Of a DNA stretch of 64,000 nt, positions 1-8,522 are shown piece by piece. Made by a program: the position numbers and the translations under genes. This DNA is from Anaerolineae bacterium (lineage in GTDB: Bacteria > Chloroflexota > Anaerolineae > Anaerolineales > E44-bin32), in contig BTQZ01000007.1 in the NCBI GenBank assembly GCA_036986135.1, positions 3,642 to 67,641 on the forward strand. Direction: 5' to 3'. The notes beneath the pieces are model-generated. The model saw only the letters and a list, made by a program, of their open reading frames with translations, was not told the origin of the DNA and searched no databases. Every line of letters begins with the position of its first letter. Position 1 is the first letter of the stretch.

Positions 1-2
1 TT

Positions 3-1430
3 GAAGCCGCCGGCGCCCTGCGCGGCGGCGATGTATCTTCCACCGAGCTTACCCGCGCTTGCTTGGACCGCGTTCAGGCCATTGACGGCGTCGTGCGAGC
101 CTTCCTGACCGTCACGGAGGACTTAGCCATGGCCCAGGCGGAGGCCGCAGATCAGCAACTGAGGATGCGCTCTGACGAACCGCTGCCGCTCGTGCTTGGC
201 ATCCCCATTGCCGTCAAGGATGTGCTGTGCGTAGAGGGTGTTCCGACCACCTGCGGATCGAAGATCCTGGAGGGCTTCCGTCCCCCGTATACGGCCACCA
301 GCGTCGCGCGATTGGTCGAGGCCGGGGCAGTGATTCTGGGAAAGACAAACACTGACGAGTTCGCAATGGGCTCTTCCACGGAGAACTCTGGCTACGGCGT
401 GAGTCACAACCCCTGGAACCTGGACCGCGTGCCTGGCGGTTCGTCCGGGGGACCGGCGGCCGCGGTCGCCGCGCGCATGTGCTATGCAGCCTTGGGCACC
501 GATACGGGAGGCTCCGTTCGCCAACCCGCCGCATTCTGCGGAGTGTCCGGCTTGAAGACTTCTTACGGTCGGGTTTCTCGCTACGGTCTGATTGCCTATG
601 GCTCGTCTCTGGACACCGTGGGCGGCTTAGCAAGGAACGTGGCGGATTTGTCCCCGATTTTCTCGCTCATGGCTGGGCACGATCCGTTGGACTCGACCTC
701 GGTCACCGACCCGGTGCCAGATATCCATCTGAGCGGAGCCCCGAAGCTCCGCATTGGGGTTCCGAAGGAATACTTCATTGAGGGTCTGCAGCCAGATGTG
801 GAGACCGCGGTGCGCGCAGCCATCGAAACCTTCCGGGAGATGGGTGCGATAGTCCAGGAAATCAGCTTGCCGCACACTGATTTGGCTCTCCCGGTCTATT
901 ACATCATTGCGCCGGCAGAGGCCTCCGCCAATTTGGCCCGCTATGATGGTGTACGCTATGGCCCTCGGCATGGTCCTGGTTCCTATCCGGAGGACTACTT
1001 CGTGACCCGCGGGGAGCTTTTTGGGGCGGAAGTCAAGCGCCGTATCATGCTCGGCACTTACGCTCTATCAGCTGGATACTATGATGCCTACTATGGGCAG
1101 GCTCAGAAGGTGCGTACGCTGATCAAGGGAGATTTCGAAGCGGCCTTTCAGGAGGTGGACCTAATCGCTTGTCCCGTGACACCGACCACCGCCTTTGGCA
1201 TCGGCGCGCATGGAGACGACCCGCTGTCCATGTACCTGGAGGACGTCTTTACGCTCCCTGCAAACCTGGCCGGCATACCGGGTCTCAGCTTCCCAGTAGG
1301 ATTTGACTCCGAGGGCCTGCCCATTGGAATGCAATTCATGGCCCCACACCTGGAGGAAGCGCGGCTGTTTTCTGCCGCTCACGCCTATCAAGCTGCTACT
1401 TCCTGGCATACGAGGTGGCCCGAGCTATGA
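3..1430 (+). CDS. gatA: Asp-tRNA(Asn)/Glu-tRNA(Gln) amidotransferase subunit A (5'-truncated by window edge)
   Basis: Amidase motifs GKTNTDEFAMGSS, PGGSSGG, GTDTGGSVRQPAA, SANLARYDG; frame open from base 3 (EAAGALR...). Confidence 0.97.
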   Translation, partial: EAAGALRGGDVSSTELTRACLDRVQAIDGVVRAFLTVTEDLAMAQAEAADQQLRMRSDEPLPLVLGIPIAVKDVLCVEGVPTTCGSKILEGFRPPYTATSVARLVEAGAVILGKTNTDEFAMGSSTENSGYGVSHNPWNLDRVPGGSSGGPAAAVAARMCYAALGTDTGGSVRQPAAFCGVSGLKTSYGRVSRYGLIAYGSSLDTVGGLARNVADLSPIFSLMAGHDPLDSTSVTDPVPDIHLSGAPKLRIGVPKEYFIEGLQPDVETAVRAAIETFREMGAIVQEISLPHTDLALPVYYIIAPAEASANLARYDGVRYGPRHGPGSYPEDYFVTRGELFGAEVKRRIMLGTYALSAGYYDAYYGQAQKVRTLIKGDFEAAFQEVDLIACPVTPTTAFGIGAHGDDPLSMYLEDVFTLPANLAGIPGLSFPVGFDSEGLPIGMQFMAPHLEEARLFSAAHAYQAATSWHTRWPEL

Positions 1431-2422
1431 GATTGGTCCTTCCCATGGCAGGACTCGGAACCCGGCTTCGTCCGCACACTTGGTCGAAACCCAAACCGCT
1501 GGTCCCTGTGGCGGGGAAGACCGTGCTGGGTCACTTCCTAGATCCGGTGATCGCGCTGCCGGAACTGGAGGAGCTAGTCCTGATCATTGGCTATCTCGGA
1601 GACCAGATCCGAGAATACATGAGCGCGCACTATCCGGATATGCGTGTGCGGTATGTCGTACAGGAAGAGCTCTCCGGCCAGTCACACGCCATCTGGCTGG
1701 CGAGGGAGGGTCTGGAGGGCCCCACCCTCATTGGGTTTGTCGACACACTCATCGAAACCGATTTCAACGTCTCCAATAGCGAGGCTGCTATTTGGGTGCG
1801 TGATGTCGATGACCCGCGTCGTTTCGGCGTGGTTGAGGCCGATGCGGAGGGGCGAGTGCGGCGCATAATCGAGAAGCCCGATGACCCGCCGAGCAACCTT
1901 GCTGTGGTGGGCTTCTACTACTTTGAACGGGCGGAGCGCCTGATTGAAGCCATTCGGCGGCAGATGGAGCGTGGGTCTAAGCTGAAAGGCGAATACTTCC
2001 TGGCCGACGCCATCAACATCATGTTGGAGGGCGGACTGAATATGCGCGCGGTTCAGGTCGATGCCTGGAACGATTGCGGCACGCAGGGCGCCATACTGGA
2101 TACCAATCGCTATTTGCTCGACCATGGTCGAGACAACACCGAAACTGCATTGGCGGGCAACGGGGTCGTTATCGAACCTCCCGTATTCTTGGATCCCTCC
2201 GCGCGTGTGAGCCGATCCGTGATAGGACCGCATGTCTCGATTGGTCCCGGATGCGTAATTGAGCGCTCCTCGATTCGCGGGTCGATCTTGGATGCAGATA
2301 CCGAGGTTCGAGATAGCGACTTGTCAGATTCCCTGATCGGCCGGGCCTGCACGATTCTCAACTCGGAGGGATCACTGAACATAGGGGATGCTTCACAGGT
2401 GCGGGGTGGGAGCGGTGAATAG
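1427..2422 (+). CDS. Sugar-phosphate nucleotidyltransferase (long-form glucose-1-P thymidylyltransferase-like)
   Basis: MAGLGTRLRPHT..KPKPL, IIEKP, C-terminal hexapeptide repeats; ATGA overlap with gatA stop. Confidence 0.9.
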   Translation: MRLVLPMAGLGTRLRPHTWSKPKPLVPVAGKTVLGHFLDPVIALPELEELVLIIGYLGDQIREYMSAHYPDMRVRYVVQEELSGQSHAIWLAREGLEGPTLIGFVDTLIETDFNVSNSEAAIWVRDVDDPRRFGVVEADAEGRVRRIIEKPDDPPSNLAVVGFYYFERAERLIEAIRRQMERGSKLKGEYFLADAINIMLEGGLNMRAVQVDAWNDCGTQGAILDTNRYLLDHGRDNTETALAGNGVVIEPPVFLDPSARVSRSVIGPHVSIGPGCVIERSSIRGSILDADTEVRDSDLSDSLIGRACTILNSEGSLNIGDASQVRGGSGE

Positions 2423-2512
2423 AAGCGTGTTCCTATGGACCGAGGTTCCGGACGCAATCTTCGTCCAGTCTGGTGATCTACAGTTCTTGCTGGCCGATCT
2501 CGATGCCGCAGC

Positions 2513-2728
2513 GTGACAGACGAGATCGTTGAGTGCCATTCAGGGCATACGTACGCGGAGCGCCCCGTCGCCCTGCGGTGGGATGGCTCGCGGCTGGCCA
2601 TCGAGGAGATCGAGGACGCGTGGCGCATTCCGGGCGGTCGCAAATTTCGGGTGCGGGTGGAGGACGGCCGGACCTTCGAGTTGTTTTACGGCGAGCTCTA
2701 CGATGAGTGGCGCATCCTTGCGCTCTGA
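2513..2728 (+). CDS. Small conserved hypothetical protein (DUF6504-like)
   Basis: 71 aa with ERP..L.W.G ... W ... F.V ... FELFY....DEW pattern; ends 6 nt before gatB. Confidence 0.65.
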   Translation: MTDEIVECHSGHTYAERPVALRWDGSRLAIEEIEDAWRIPGGRKFRVRVEDGRTFELFYGELYDEWRILAL

Positions 2729-2734
2729 CCTCCG

Positions 2735-4216
2735 GTGACCGTTTTCGAACCAGTCATCGGACTCGAGGTGCACGCAGAGCTGCTTACGCAGTCCAAGATG
2801 TTTTGCAGTTGTGCGGTGGTGGATTCCACCTCAGCCGAGCCCAACAGCTCGGTGTGCGAAATCTGCACCGGAATGCCTGGTACGCTCCCGGTAATCAATC
2901 AGCGAGCCGTGGAATACGCCCTGCGAGTGGCGCTGGCCCTCAACTGCACCATTGCCGAGACCAGCGTCTTCGCCCGCAAGAATTACTTCTACCCCGATCT
3001 GCCCAAGGGCTTTCAGATCTCGCAGTACGAGCTTCCTCTGGCTACGGCCGGTTGGATCGAAATTGAAGACGCTTCAGCGACCCCCACCACCAAACGCGTG
3101 CGCATCCGGCGCGTACACCTGGAGGAAGATACCGGAAAGCTCCTTCATCGTGAGCATCACTCCTTGGTGGACTACAACCGCTCCGGCGTGCCATTGCTTG
3201 AGATCGTGAGCGAGCCCGACCTGCATTCCGTAGATCAGGCTCGGCAGTACTCATTGGCGCTGCGGTCGCTGCTCCGCTACCTGCGAGTCAACAGCGGGGA
3301 TCTGCAAAAGGGCGTGATGCGCTTCGAGGCCAACGTCTCCGTCCGCCCCATCGGCTCCGAGGAGTTGGGGACCCGCACAGAGATCAAGAACCTGAACTCG
3401 TTTCGTGCGCTCAGCCGGTCGATCGAATACGAGATCGATCGGCAGGCGGCGTCGCTGCGGTCGGGCGAGCCAGTAGTACAGAACACAGTAGGATGGGATG
3501 AGGTCCGCCAGGTAACGGTCTCGCAGCGAAGCAAGGAAGAGGCGCATGACTATCGGTATTTCCCCGAGCCGGATCTCCCGCCGCTGCACATCGAAGCGGC
3601 CTGGGTCGATCGGGTCAGATCTGCCTTGCCTGAGCTACCGGCCGCTAAACGCGCGCGGTTTGTAGAAAAGTATGGCTTGAGCGCCTACACCGCCGGGGTG
3701 CTGACCGCTGAGAGGCCGGTCGCAGACTATTACGAGGCGGCCGTCGAATCCGCGCACGAAACTTCGCCGGTCAAAATCGCGAACTGGCTTTCGAGCGATC
3801 TGTTTGGTCTGCTCAACGATGCCGATATTGAGATCGACCAATCGAACGTAACTCCTGAGGCGCTGGCGAGGCTGGTGAGCCTGGTCGAGACCGGCAGGAT
3901 CAGTGCCGCGTCGGGCAAGATAGTGTTGGGAATGCTCTTCAAGCAGGGCGGATCTCCCGAATCGCTCGTTGACGAGCAGGGACTGGCCCAGCTTGAGGAT
4001 CAGGCCTCCATCCGCCCCATCGTCGATCAGGTGTTGTCCGACAACCCCGATCAGGTAGCCGAGTATCTCGCTGGCAAAGCCGCACTGTCGGAGTGGTTCC
4101 TGGGGCGGGTCATACGGGCAACGCAGGGCAAGGCCGACCCGGCTACCGCGCGCGCCGAACTAGATGCAGCGCTTCTTGATCTTGATGATCGTGATCAGAA
4201 TCAATCCAGTAGGTGA
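2735..4216 (+). CDS. gatB: Asp-tRNA(Asn)/Glu-tRNA(Gln) amidotransferase subunit B
   Basis: IGLEVHAEL, RKNYFYPDLPKGFQISQ, HLEEDTGK, EIKNLNSF, YRYFPEPDLPP. Confidence 0.98.
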   Translation: MTVFEPVIGLEVHAELLTQSKMFCSCAVVDSTSAEPNSSVCEICTGMPGTLPVINQRAVEYALRVALALNCTIAETSVFARKNYFYPDLPKGFQISQYELPLATAGWIEIEDASATPTTKRVRIRRVHLEEDTGKLLHREHHSLVDYNRSGVPLLEIVSEPDLHSVDQARQYSLALRSLLRYLRVNSGDLQKGVMRFEANVSVRPIGSEELGTRTEIKNLNSFRALSRSIEYEIDRQAASLRSGEPVVQNTVGWDEVRQVTVSQRSKEEAHDYRYFPEPDLPPLHIEAAWVDRVRSALPELPAAKRARFVEKYGLSAYTAGVLTAERPVADYYEAAVESAHETSPVKIANWLSSDLFGLLNDADIEIDQSNVTPEALARLVSLVETGRISAASGKIVLGMLFKQGGSPESLVDEQGLAQLEDQASIRPIVDQVLSDNPDQVAEYLAGKAALSEWFLGRVIRATQGKADPATARAELDAALLDLDDRDQNQSSR

Positions 4217-4236
4217 CCATCACTACTTGAACCGCG
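4213..4236 (+). repeat. 24-bp direct repeat, left copy (GTGACCATCACTACTTGAACCGCG)
   Basis: Identical to 6690-6713; includes the gatB TGA. Confidence 0.92.
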
Positions 4237-4299
4237 CAGGCCGCGATATATGCTGGTCGCTGGCGACTGGCTGGCACACAAATGGTGTCTTACAGCTGG

Positions 4300-4655
4300 T
4301 CAGTGTTACCTGCGGTGCTCGGCTATCCATCATGGCGCATTCGCACGCACGACCAACCTGGTGGGGCGAGCCTTCGTGGAGCAGAAGAGGCGAACCAAGA
4401 CGTTCCCGCTGTTCTGGATTGAGTCGAGCCGCTTGCCTGTCCTCGCTGACAGCCCAGGGAAGCTGGTCTTCGCGGCCTTGTGGCGGGTCAGTCGGCACCG
4501 GCAGTGGGTGCACATGAGCGAGTTCGAGCAGCACCAACTCCTTTAGCCTCGATCGGAACTCGGGCTGCTACCGCCCATCAGCTCTGGAGATACATTCAAA
4601 TGTGCAGCCTGATACTTCACGGCGCGTTTTTTTGCAGGAGGTTTCGGACTTGGCC
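4300..4655 (+). mobile_element. IS256-family transposase C-terminal relic with probable right terminal inverted repeat
   Basis: Translation RTTNLVGRAFVEQKRRTKTFPLFWIE...KLVFAALWRVS...MSEFEQHQL resembles the IS256 transposase end (RTTN..ER...E.RRRTK); 4630-4655 TTTTGCAGGAGGTTTCGGACTTGGCC resembles an IS256-type end. Confidence 0.7.
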
Positions 4656-4745
4656 CCAGATACTGCCTTCGCTTGAACATTACACGACAACAGAGTATCG
4701 TAAACGAGACTCTTGGGAGCTGATCACTCCGTTAAGATTCACTCG

Positions 4746-4766
4746 CATGTATTGAAGCAATACATG
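4746..4766. promoter_or_regulatory. Perfect 9-3-9 palindrome, candidate operator
   Basis: CATGTATTG-AAG-CAATACATG, 65 nt upstream of the 4832 gene. Confidence 0.5.
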
Positions 4767-4831
4767 ATCTTGAATGCAGGAACTCACGTGATTTACAAAG
4801 CCATCCCAGCAGCCGATCAGGTTATCAAGCC

Positions 4832-5557
4832 GTGACCAATTACAAGTCGATTCTTCAGAAAGCCCTCATTGCACTCAGCTTGGTTGGGCTCCTCGCGTTT
4901 CCATTCTCTGTTGGACCCTATCAATGGGGAATGGCCTTGAATATGGTCGCTCAGGCCCAAGTTGAATTCACACCTGATATTGACGCCCTAGAGATGGCCG
5001 CAACCCCCGAACCACTCCTCCAAGAGAAGCTTGAGCTCCCGGAAGCGTTCGTTGAAGGGAACGTTCTTGTCATTGATGGGAATCCATATCCGATCGGAGA
5101 TGGCTTTTATGATGCTGAAGGGATTCCTCTTGGGCCAAGTGTAACTGACAAGACTGGCCTCTACGGGTATGCTCCCATTCAAACCCTACCTGATCATGTG
5201 TTGATCTGGTATCTGGATGGGACTGGGAAGAAGCAATACCTTGTGACAACGGCGGACGATGAATTACTTACAGGATCCACGGGCTTCGATCAGATGATCA
5301 AGAATCTCCGAGATGCAGAGGATCGACTTATTACCACTGCGGGCGGAGGTGCTGCCGCCCTTGTGACGGCCGCGGTGCTGCAGCTGGCTGTTTGTCCATC
5401 AACCGTCGGGGCAACTTGCGTGACTGGAGTCGTTACATTGATTGTTGCCGCAATTGGTGCAACATTCGCGTCGGCAGCCCGATTGCTCTTTGATATCGTC
5501 CCGGCGATGAACAATGTCGAGAGTGCCTTTGCGACACTCGACCAGAACAGACCATGA
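4832..5557 (+). CDS. Secreted protein with C-terminal Gly/Ala-rich hydrophobic hairpin (candidate membrane-active toxin/bacteriocin)
   Basis: Hydrophobic N-terminal signal ending near AQA; acidic middle; C-terminal AGGGAAALVTAAVLQLAVC-x7-CVTGVVTLIVAAIGA; a decayed paralog lies downstream. Function is inferred. Confidence 0.75.
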   Translation: MTNYKSILQKALIALSLVGLLAFPFSVGPYQWGMALNMVAQAQVEFTPDIDALEMAATPEPLLQEKLELPEAFVEGNVLVIDGNPYPIGDGFYDAEGIPLGPSVTDKTGLYGYAPIQTLPDHVLIWYLDGTGKKQYLVTTADDELLTGSTGFDQMIKNLRDAEDRLITTAGGGAAALVTAAVLQLAVCPSTVGATCVTGVVTLIVAAIGATFASAARLLFDIVPAMNNVESAFATLDQNRP

Positions 5558-5594
5558 CCGGAAGTTAATGTTTGAGCGTAACAGAGGCGTTCTC

Positions 5595-5990
5595 ATGGAA
5601 AAACAAGGACTGCGCGTGAGTGCTCGGTATTCAAAGATTCTTGCCATCTTCAGTGCTTGGGTTGCGTTTGGGGCAGCCGCTGGGCTTGTTACATCAAAAC
5701 AAGCGTTCTTAGGGGCGTTCCTGATTGTCGTCGGGTTAGTCGCGATAGTCCTTGCGGTCGATGGGAGGAGAATGCCGGAGAGAGTACACACGAGGTTGGA
5801 TTTGGTGCTGCAATCGATCATGTTTGGGCTGCCGATAGCTTTCATGATCATGTTGATTGTTGTCCTTGGCGGCAGCCTCCTTCGTCCATTCTTGGGATAT
5901 ATCGTTGCATACCTCACGGGCCTGGTTGTGCTTGCGGCACTGGCTGTCCGTGAACTCCGAAGAGGTGTAAAAGTCGGCGGACTCAACTGA
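5595..5990 (+). CDS. Small 4-TM membrane protein (candidate immunity protein)
   Basis: AGAGG RBS before ATG 5595; four hydrophobic segments; decayed paralog at 6546 starts at the equivalent Met. Confidence 0.75.
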   Translation: MEKQGLRVSARYSKILAIFSAWVAFGAAAGLVTSKQAFLGAFLIVVGLVAIVLAVDGRRMPERVHTRLDLVLQSIMFGLPIAFMIMLIVVLGGSLLRPFLGYIVAYLTGLVVLAALAVRELRRGVKVGGLN

Positions 5991-6035
5991 GCTCGAAGTT
6001 GCTTCGCAGAATAGCCCAGTGCGACTTGGCCGCTG

Positions 6036-6504
6036 CCATGTCCCATCGGTGATGGGTTCCATGATGCCGAAAGGATACGGCTTGGCTCCCATGTACCGGC
6101 AGAACAGCTCTTTACAGTTGCGCACCCATTCAGATTCGACCTGATTATGTATTGATCTGATATCTGGATGGCACCGGAAGGAAGCGATACCTGGTGCCAA
6201 CAGCGGATGCGGAACTACTTACGGGGCCTTCTGGGTTTGATCAAACGAATATCAACTTGAGAGCTGTCGAGGATTGGCTCACGCATGCCATAGGAGTCGG
6301 CGGCACAGGTTAGCCAATGCTGCTATTAACCCAGGTCGCGGGAAGCGCGCCAACCGAAGTTTGTTATGCGTGTCTGCTGTAGTTACAGGTCTGGTTGGAG
6401 CAATAGGAGGAACGATAGCCACGATAGGTGCCGTTGCCGTCGACCTCATTCCTGCGATGAATAACGTAAAGCGCGCATTTGATACGATCGACCCGAATCG
6501 ACCC
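6036..6504 (+). pseudogene. Decayed, N-terminally truncated paralog of the 4832-5557 protein
   Basis: PCPIGDGFHDAE / APIQIRPDYVLI*YLDGTGRKRYLVPTADAELLTGPSGFDQ / DLIPAMNNVKRAFDTIDPNRP align with the intact copy; frameshifts and a TGG>TGA stop. Confidence 0.9.
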
Positions 6505-6545
6505 TATTTGATATCCGATGTAAGAGTCGACGCAAGGGAATTAGT

Positions 6546-6707
6546 ATGGGAAAAGAAGGTCTTCGTCTAAGTGCTTGATATCCGAAGATATTGGCAGCAT
6601 ATGGCGCTTGGATTTCGTTCGGACTGACGATAGGCTTCTTAGCCACAGACCAGTTTATTTGGGGAGGGTTACTGATTGTCGGAGGCGCAGTGACCATCAC
6701 TACTTGA
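6546..6707 (+). pseudogene. Decayed, truncated paralog of the 5595-5990 membrane protein
   Basis: MGKEGLRLSA*YPKILAAYGAWISFGLTIG vs MEKQGLRVSARYSKILAIFSAWVAFGAAAG; similarity ends at the right direct repeat. Confidence 0.88.
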
Positions 6708-6713
6708 ACCGCG
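6690..6713 (+). repeat. 24-bp direct repeat, right copy
   Basis: Identical to 4213-4236; contains TTGAAC, a possible -35 for gdhA. Confidence 0.92.
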
Positions 6714-6749
6714 TGCCCGTGGACGATATATACTATTCGCCTGCAGCAG

Positions 6750-6795
6750 AGTTCTGTCGCGAGCAACCAAGTTCTGTCGCGAGCAACCAAGTTCT
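6750..6795 (+). repeat. Perfect 20-bp tandem duplication (GTTCTGTCGCGAGCAACCAA x2.3)
   Basis: Directly visible in the gdhA leader. Confidence 0.95.
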
Positions 6796-6849
6796 TTCAC
6801 TTGCGACCAATTAGTTTTACCTACGATCCGATAAGGAGATAAATGCTCA

Positions 6850-8133
6850 ATGGCAACCGCAGCAAAGTCCGATATCAAGCTCGAACCATCCCCTAATCCC
6901 TTTGAGGTTGCGCAGCAGCAACTTGACGAGGCTGCCGAGCTCTTGGAACTGGATACTGCAATCCATCATCTGCTGCGCTGGCCGCTGCGCGAACTACACG
7001 TGACGTTGCCGGTGCGGATGGACGACGGAAGCACCAAGATCTTTCATGGCTTCCGTGTGCAGTACAACGACGCGCGCGGCCCCACAAAAGGCGGAATCCG
7101 CTTCCATCCAGACGAAACCATCGATACCGTTCGCGCACTGGCGGCCTGGATGACCTGGAAGACGGCCGTGGTTGATATCCCACTGGGAGGCGGCAAGGGC
7201 GGCGTCATCTGTAACCCCAAAGAAATGTCGGACGGCGAACTCGAGCGACTCAGCCGTGCCTATATCCGGCAGGTGGGCCGAATTCTTGGTCTGGAGAAGG
7301 ACGTTCCCGCGCCCGACGTATACACCACACCTCAAATCATGGCTTGGATGGCCGACGAGTATGCCTTTATGAAGGGATACAACGAGTTCGGAGTGATTAC
7401 CGGCAAGCCTCTGGCGCTCGGCGGTTCAGCGGGGCGAGGCGACGCAACCGCTCGGGGCGGAATTTACTGCTTGAGGGAAGCGGGGAAGGTACTGGATATC
7501 AAGCTGGACGGCGCCACGACCGCAATTCAGGGCTACGGAAATGCAGGTTCCTTTGCCCATAAACTAGGAGTTGAACTCGTGGGCCTGAAGGTGGTTGCGG
7601 TCTCCGACTCCAAGGGCGGGATCTACAGCAAGGATGGCCTAGACTACAACGATGTTTTAGCTCATAAGCAGAAGACCGGCTCCGTCATCGATTTTCCAGG
7701 CACCGAGTCCATTACGAATGAGGCTCTGCTTGAGCTGGATGTGATTGTCTCTATTCCCTCCGCACTTGAGAGTGTCATCACGGACCGCAATGCTGCCGAC
7801 ATCCCCGCAAAGATCATCGTAGAGTTGGCAAACGGCCCCACAACTCCCGAGGCGGATAGGATCCTTTACGAGGCAGGCACCTACGTCATCCCCGACTTCC
7901 TGTGCAACGCGGGCGGTGTGACCGTCTCTTACTTCGAAATGGTGCAGAACGCCTACGGTTACTATTGGACAGAAAAGCTGGTGTACGAGCGCCTTGACGA
8001 GAAGATGACCGCCGCCTTCCACGCCGTGCACAACGCGGCTCAGGAACACAAAGTTCATAATCGCCTGGCCGCGTACCTGGTTGCGGTGAACCGAGTTGCG
8101 GAAGCGGTCAAGCTGCGCGGCTGGGTTTCTTGA
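6850..8133 (+). CDS. gdhA: Glutamate dehydrogenase (Glu/Leu/Phe/Val family)
   Basis: [54 protein letters not shown]; AAGGAG RBS. Confidence 0.96.
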   Translation: MATAAKSDIKLEPSPNPFEVAQQQLDEAAELLELDTAIHHLLRWPLRELHVTLPVRMDDGSTKIFHGFRVQYNDARGPTKGGIRFHPDETIDTVRALAAWMTWKTAVVDIPLGGGKGGVICNPKEMSDGELERLSRAYIRQVGRILGLEKDVPAPDVYTTPQIMAWMADEYAFMKGYNEFGVITGKPLALGGSAGRGDATARGGIYCLREAGKVLDIKLDGATTAIQGYGNAGSFAHKLGVELVGLKVVAVSDSKGGIYSKDGLDYNDVLAHKQKTGSVIDFPGTESITNEALLELDVIVSIPSALESVITDRNAADIPAKIIVELANGPTTPEADRILYEAGTYVIPDFLCNAGGVTVSYFEMVQNAYGYYWTEKLVYERLDEKMTAAFHAVHNAAQEHKVHNRLAAYLVAVNRVAEAVKLRGWVS

Positions 8134-8171
8134 TGCTTGACACATAGACAGGCAAAGGTGTGAGCGTCTCC

Positions 8172-8507
8172 TGTGGATTGAATGCAACCGCTCGTCAGTA
8201 TTCTTTTCTTTTCCCATTTCACTAGTTAAGATTCGTAGTAGCCGTAGAGGTTGGGGATTTGTGGAGAAGGCCTCCTCTAAAGGGCGATGACGACTGCACG
8301 GTGGAGCGAATGCTTGCACACCTAGTGGGTGGAAAGAATGTGGGAAACCCAGGGGCTGCCTAAGAAGAGAAGCATACGCGCGTGCTCAGCGATCGAAGCG
8401 GTGGAGAACGCTGGCTTCCACTCCACGCTTCTGCAGGAAAGATCCACAGTTAGCGTGGGTTATCCACAGGTGGACGGAGTCTTTTCCACAACAAACAGCG
8501 TGGAGAA
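8172..8507. other. DnaA-box cluster with DnaA-trio-like repeats (candidate oriC)
   Basis: Perfect TTATCCACA 8460-8468; 1-mismatch boxes 8260-8268 and 8482-8490; 2-mismatch boxes at 8172, 8339, 8400, 8440, 8499; AT-rich tract ~8199-8233 and in-phase TAG trios at 8227-8247. Confidence 0.7.
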
Positions 8508-8522
8508 TGCGTAGAACGTATG

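Noticed and set aside
6750-6795. Possible CRISPR array
   Set aside because: Repeats are contiguous with no spacers, and there are no cas genes in the window.
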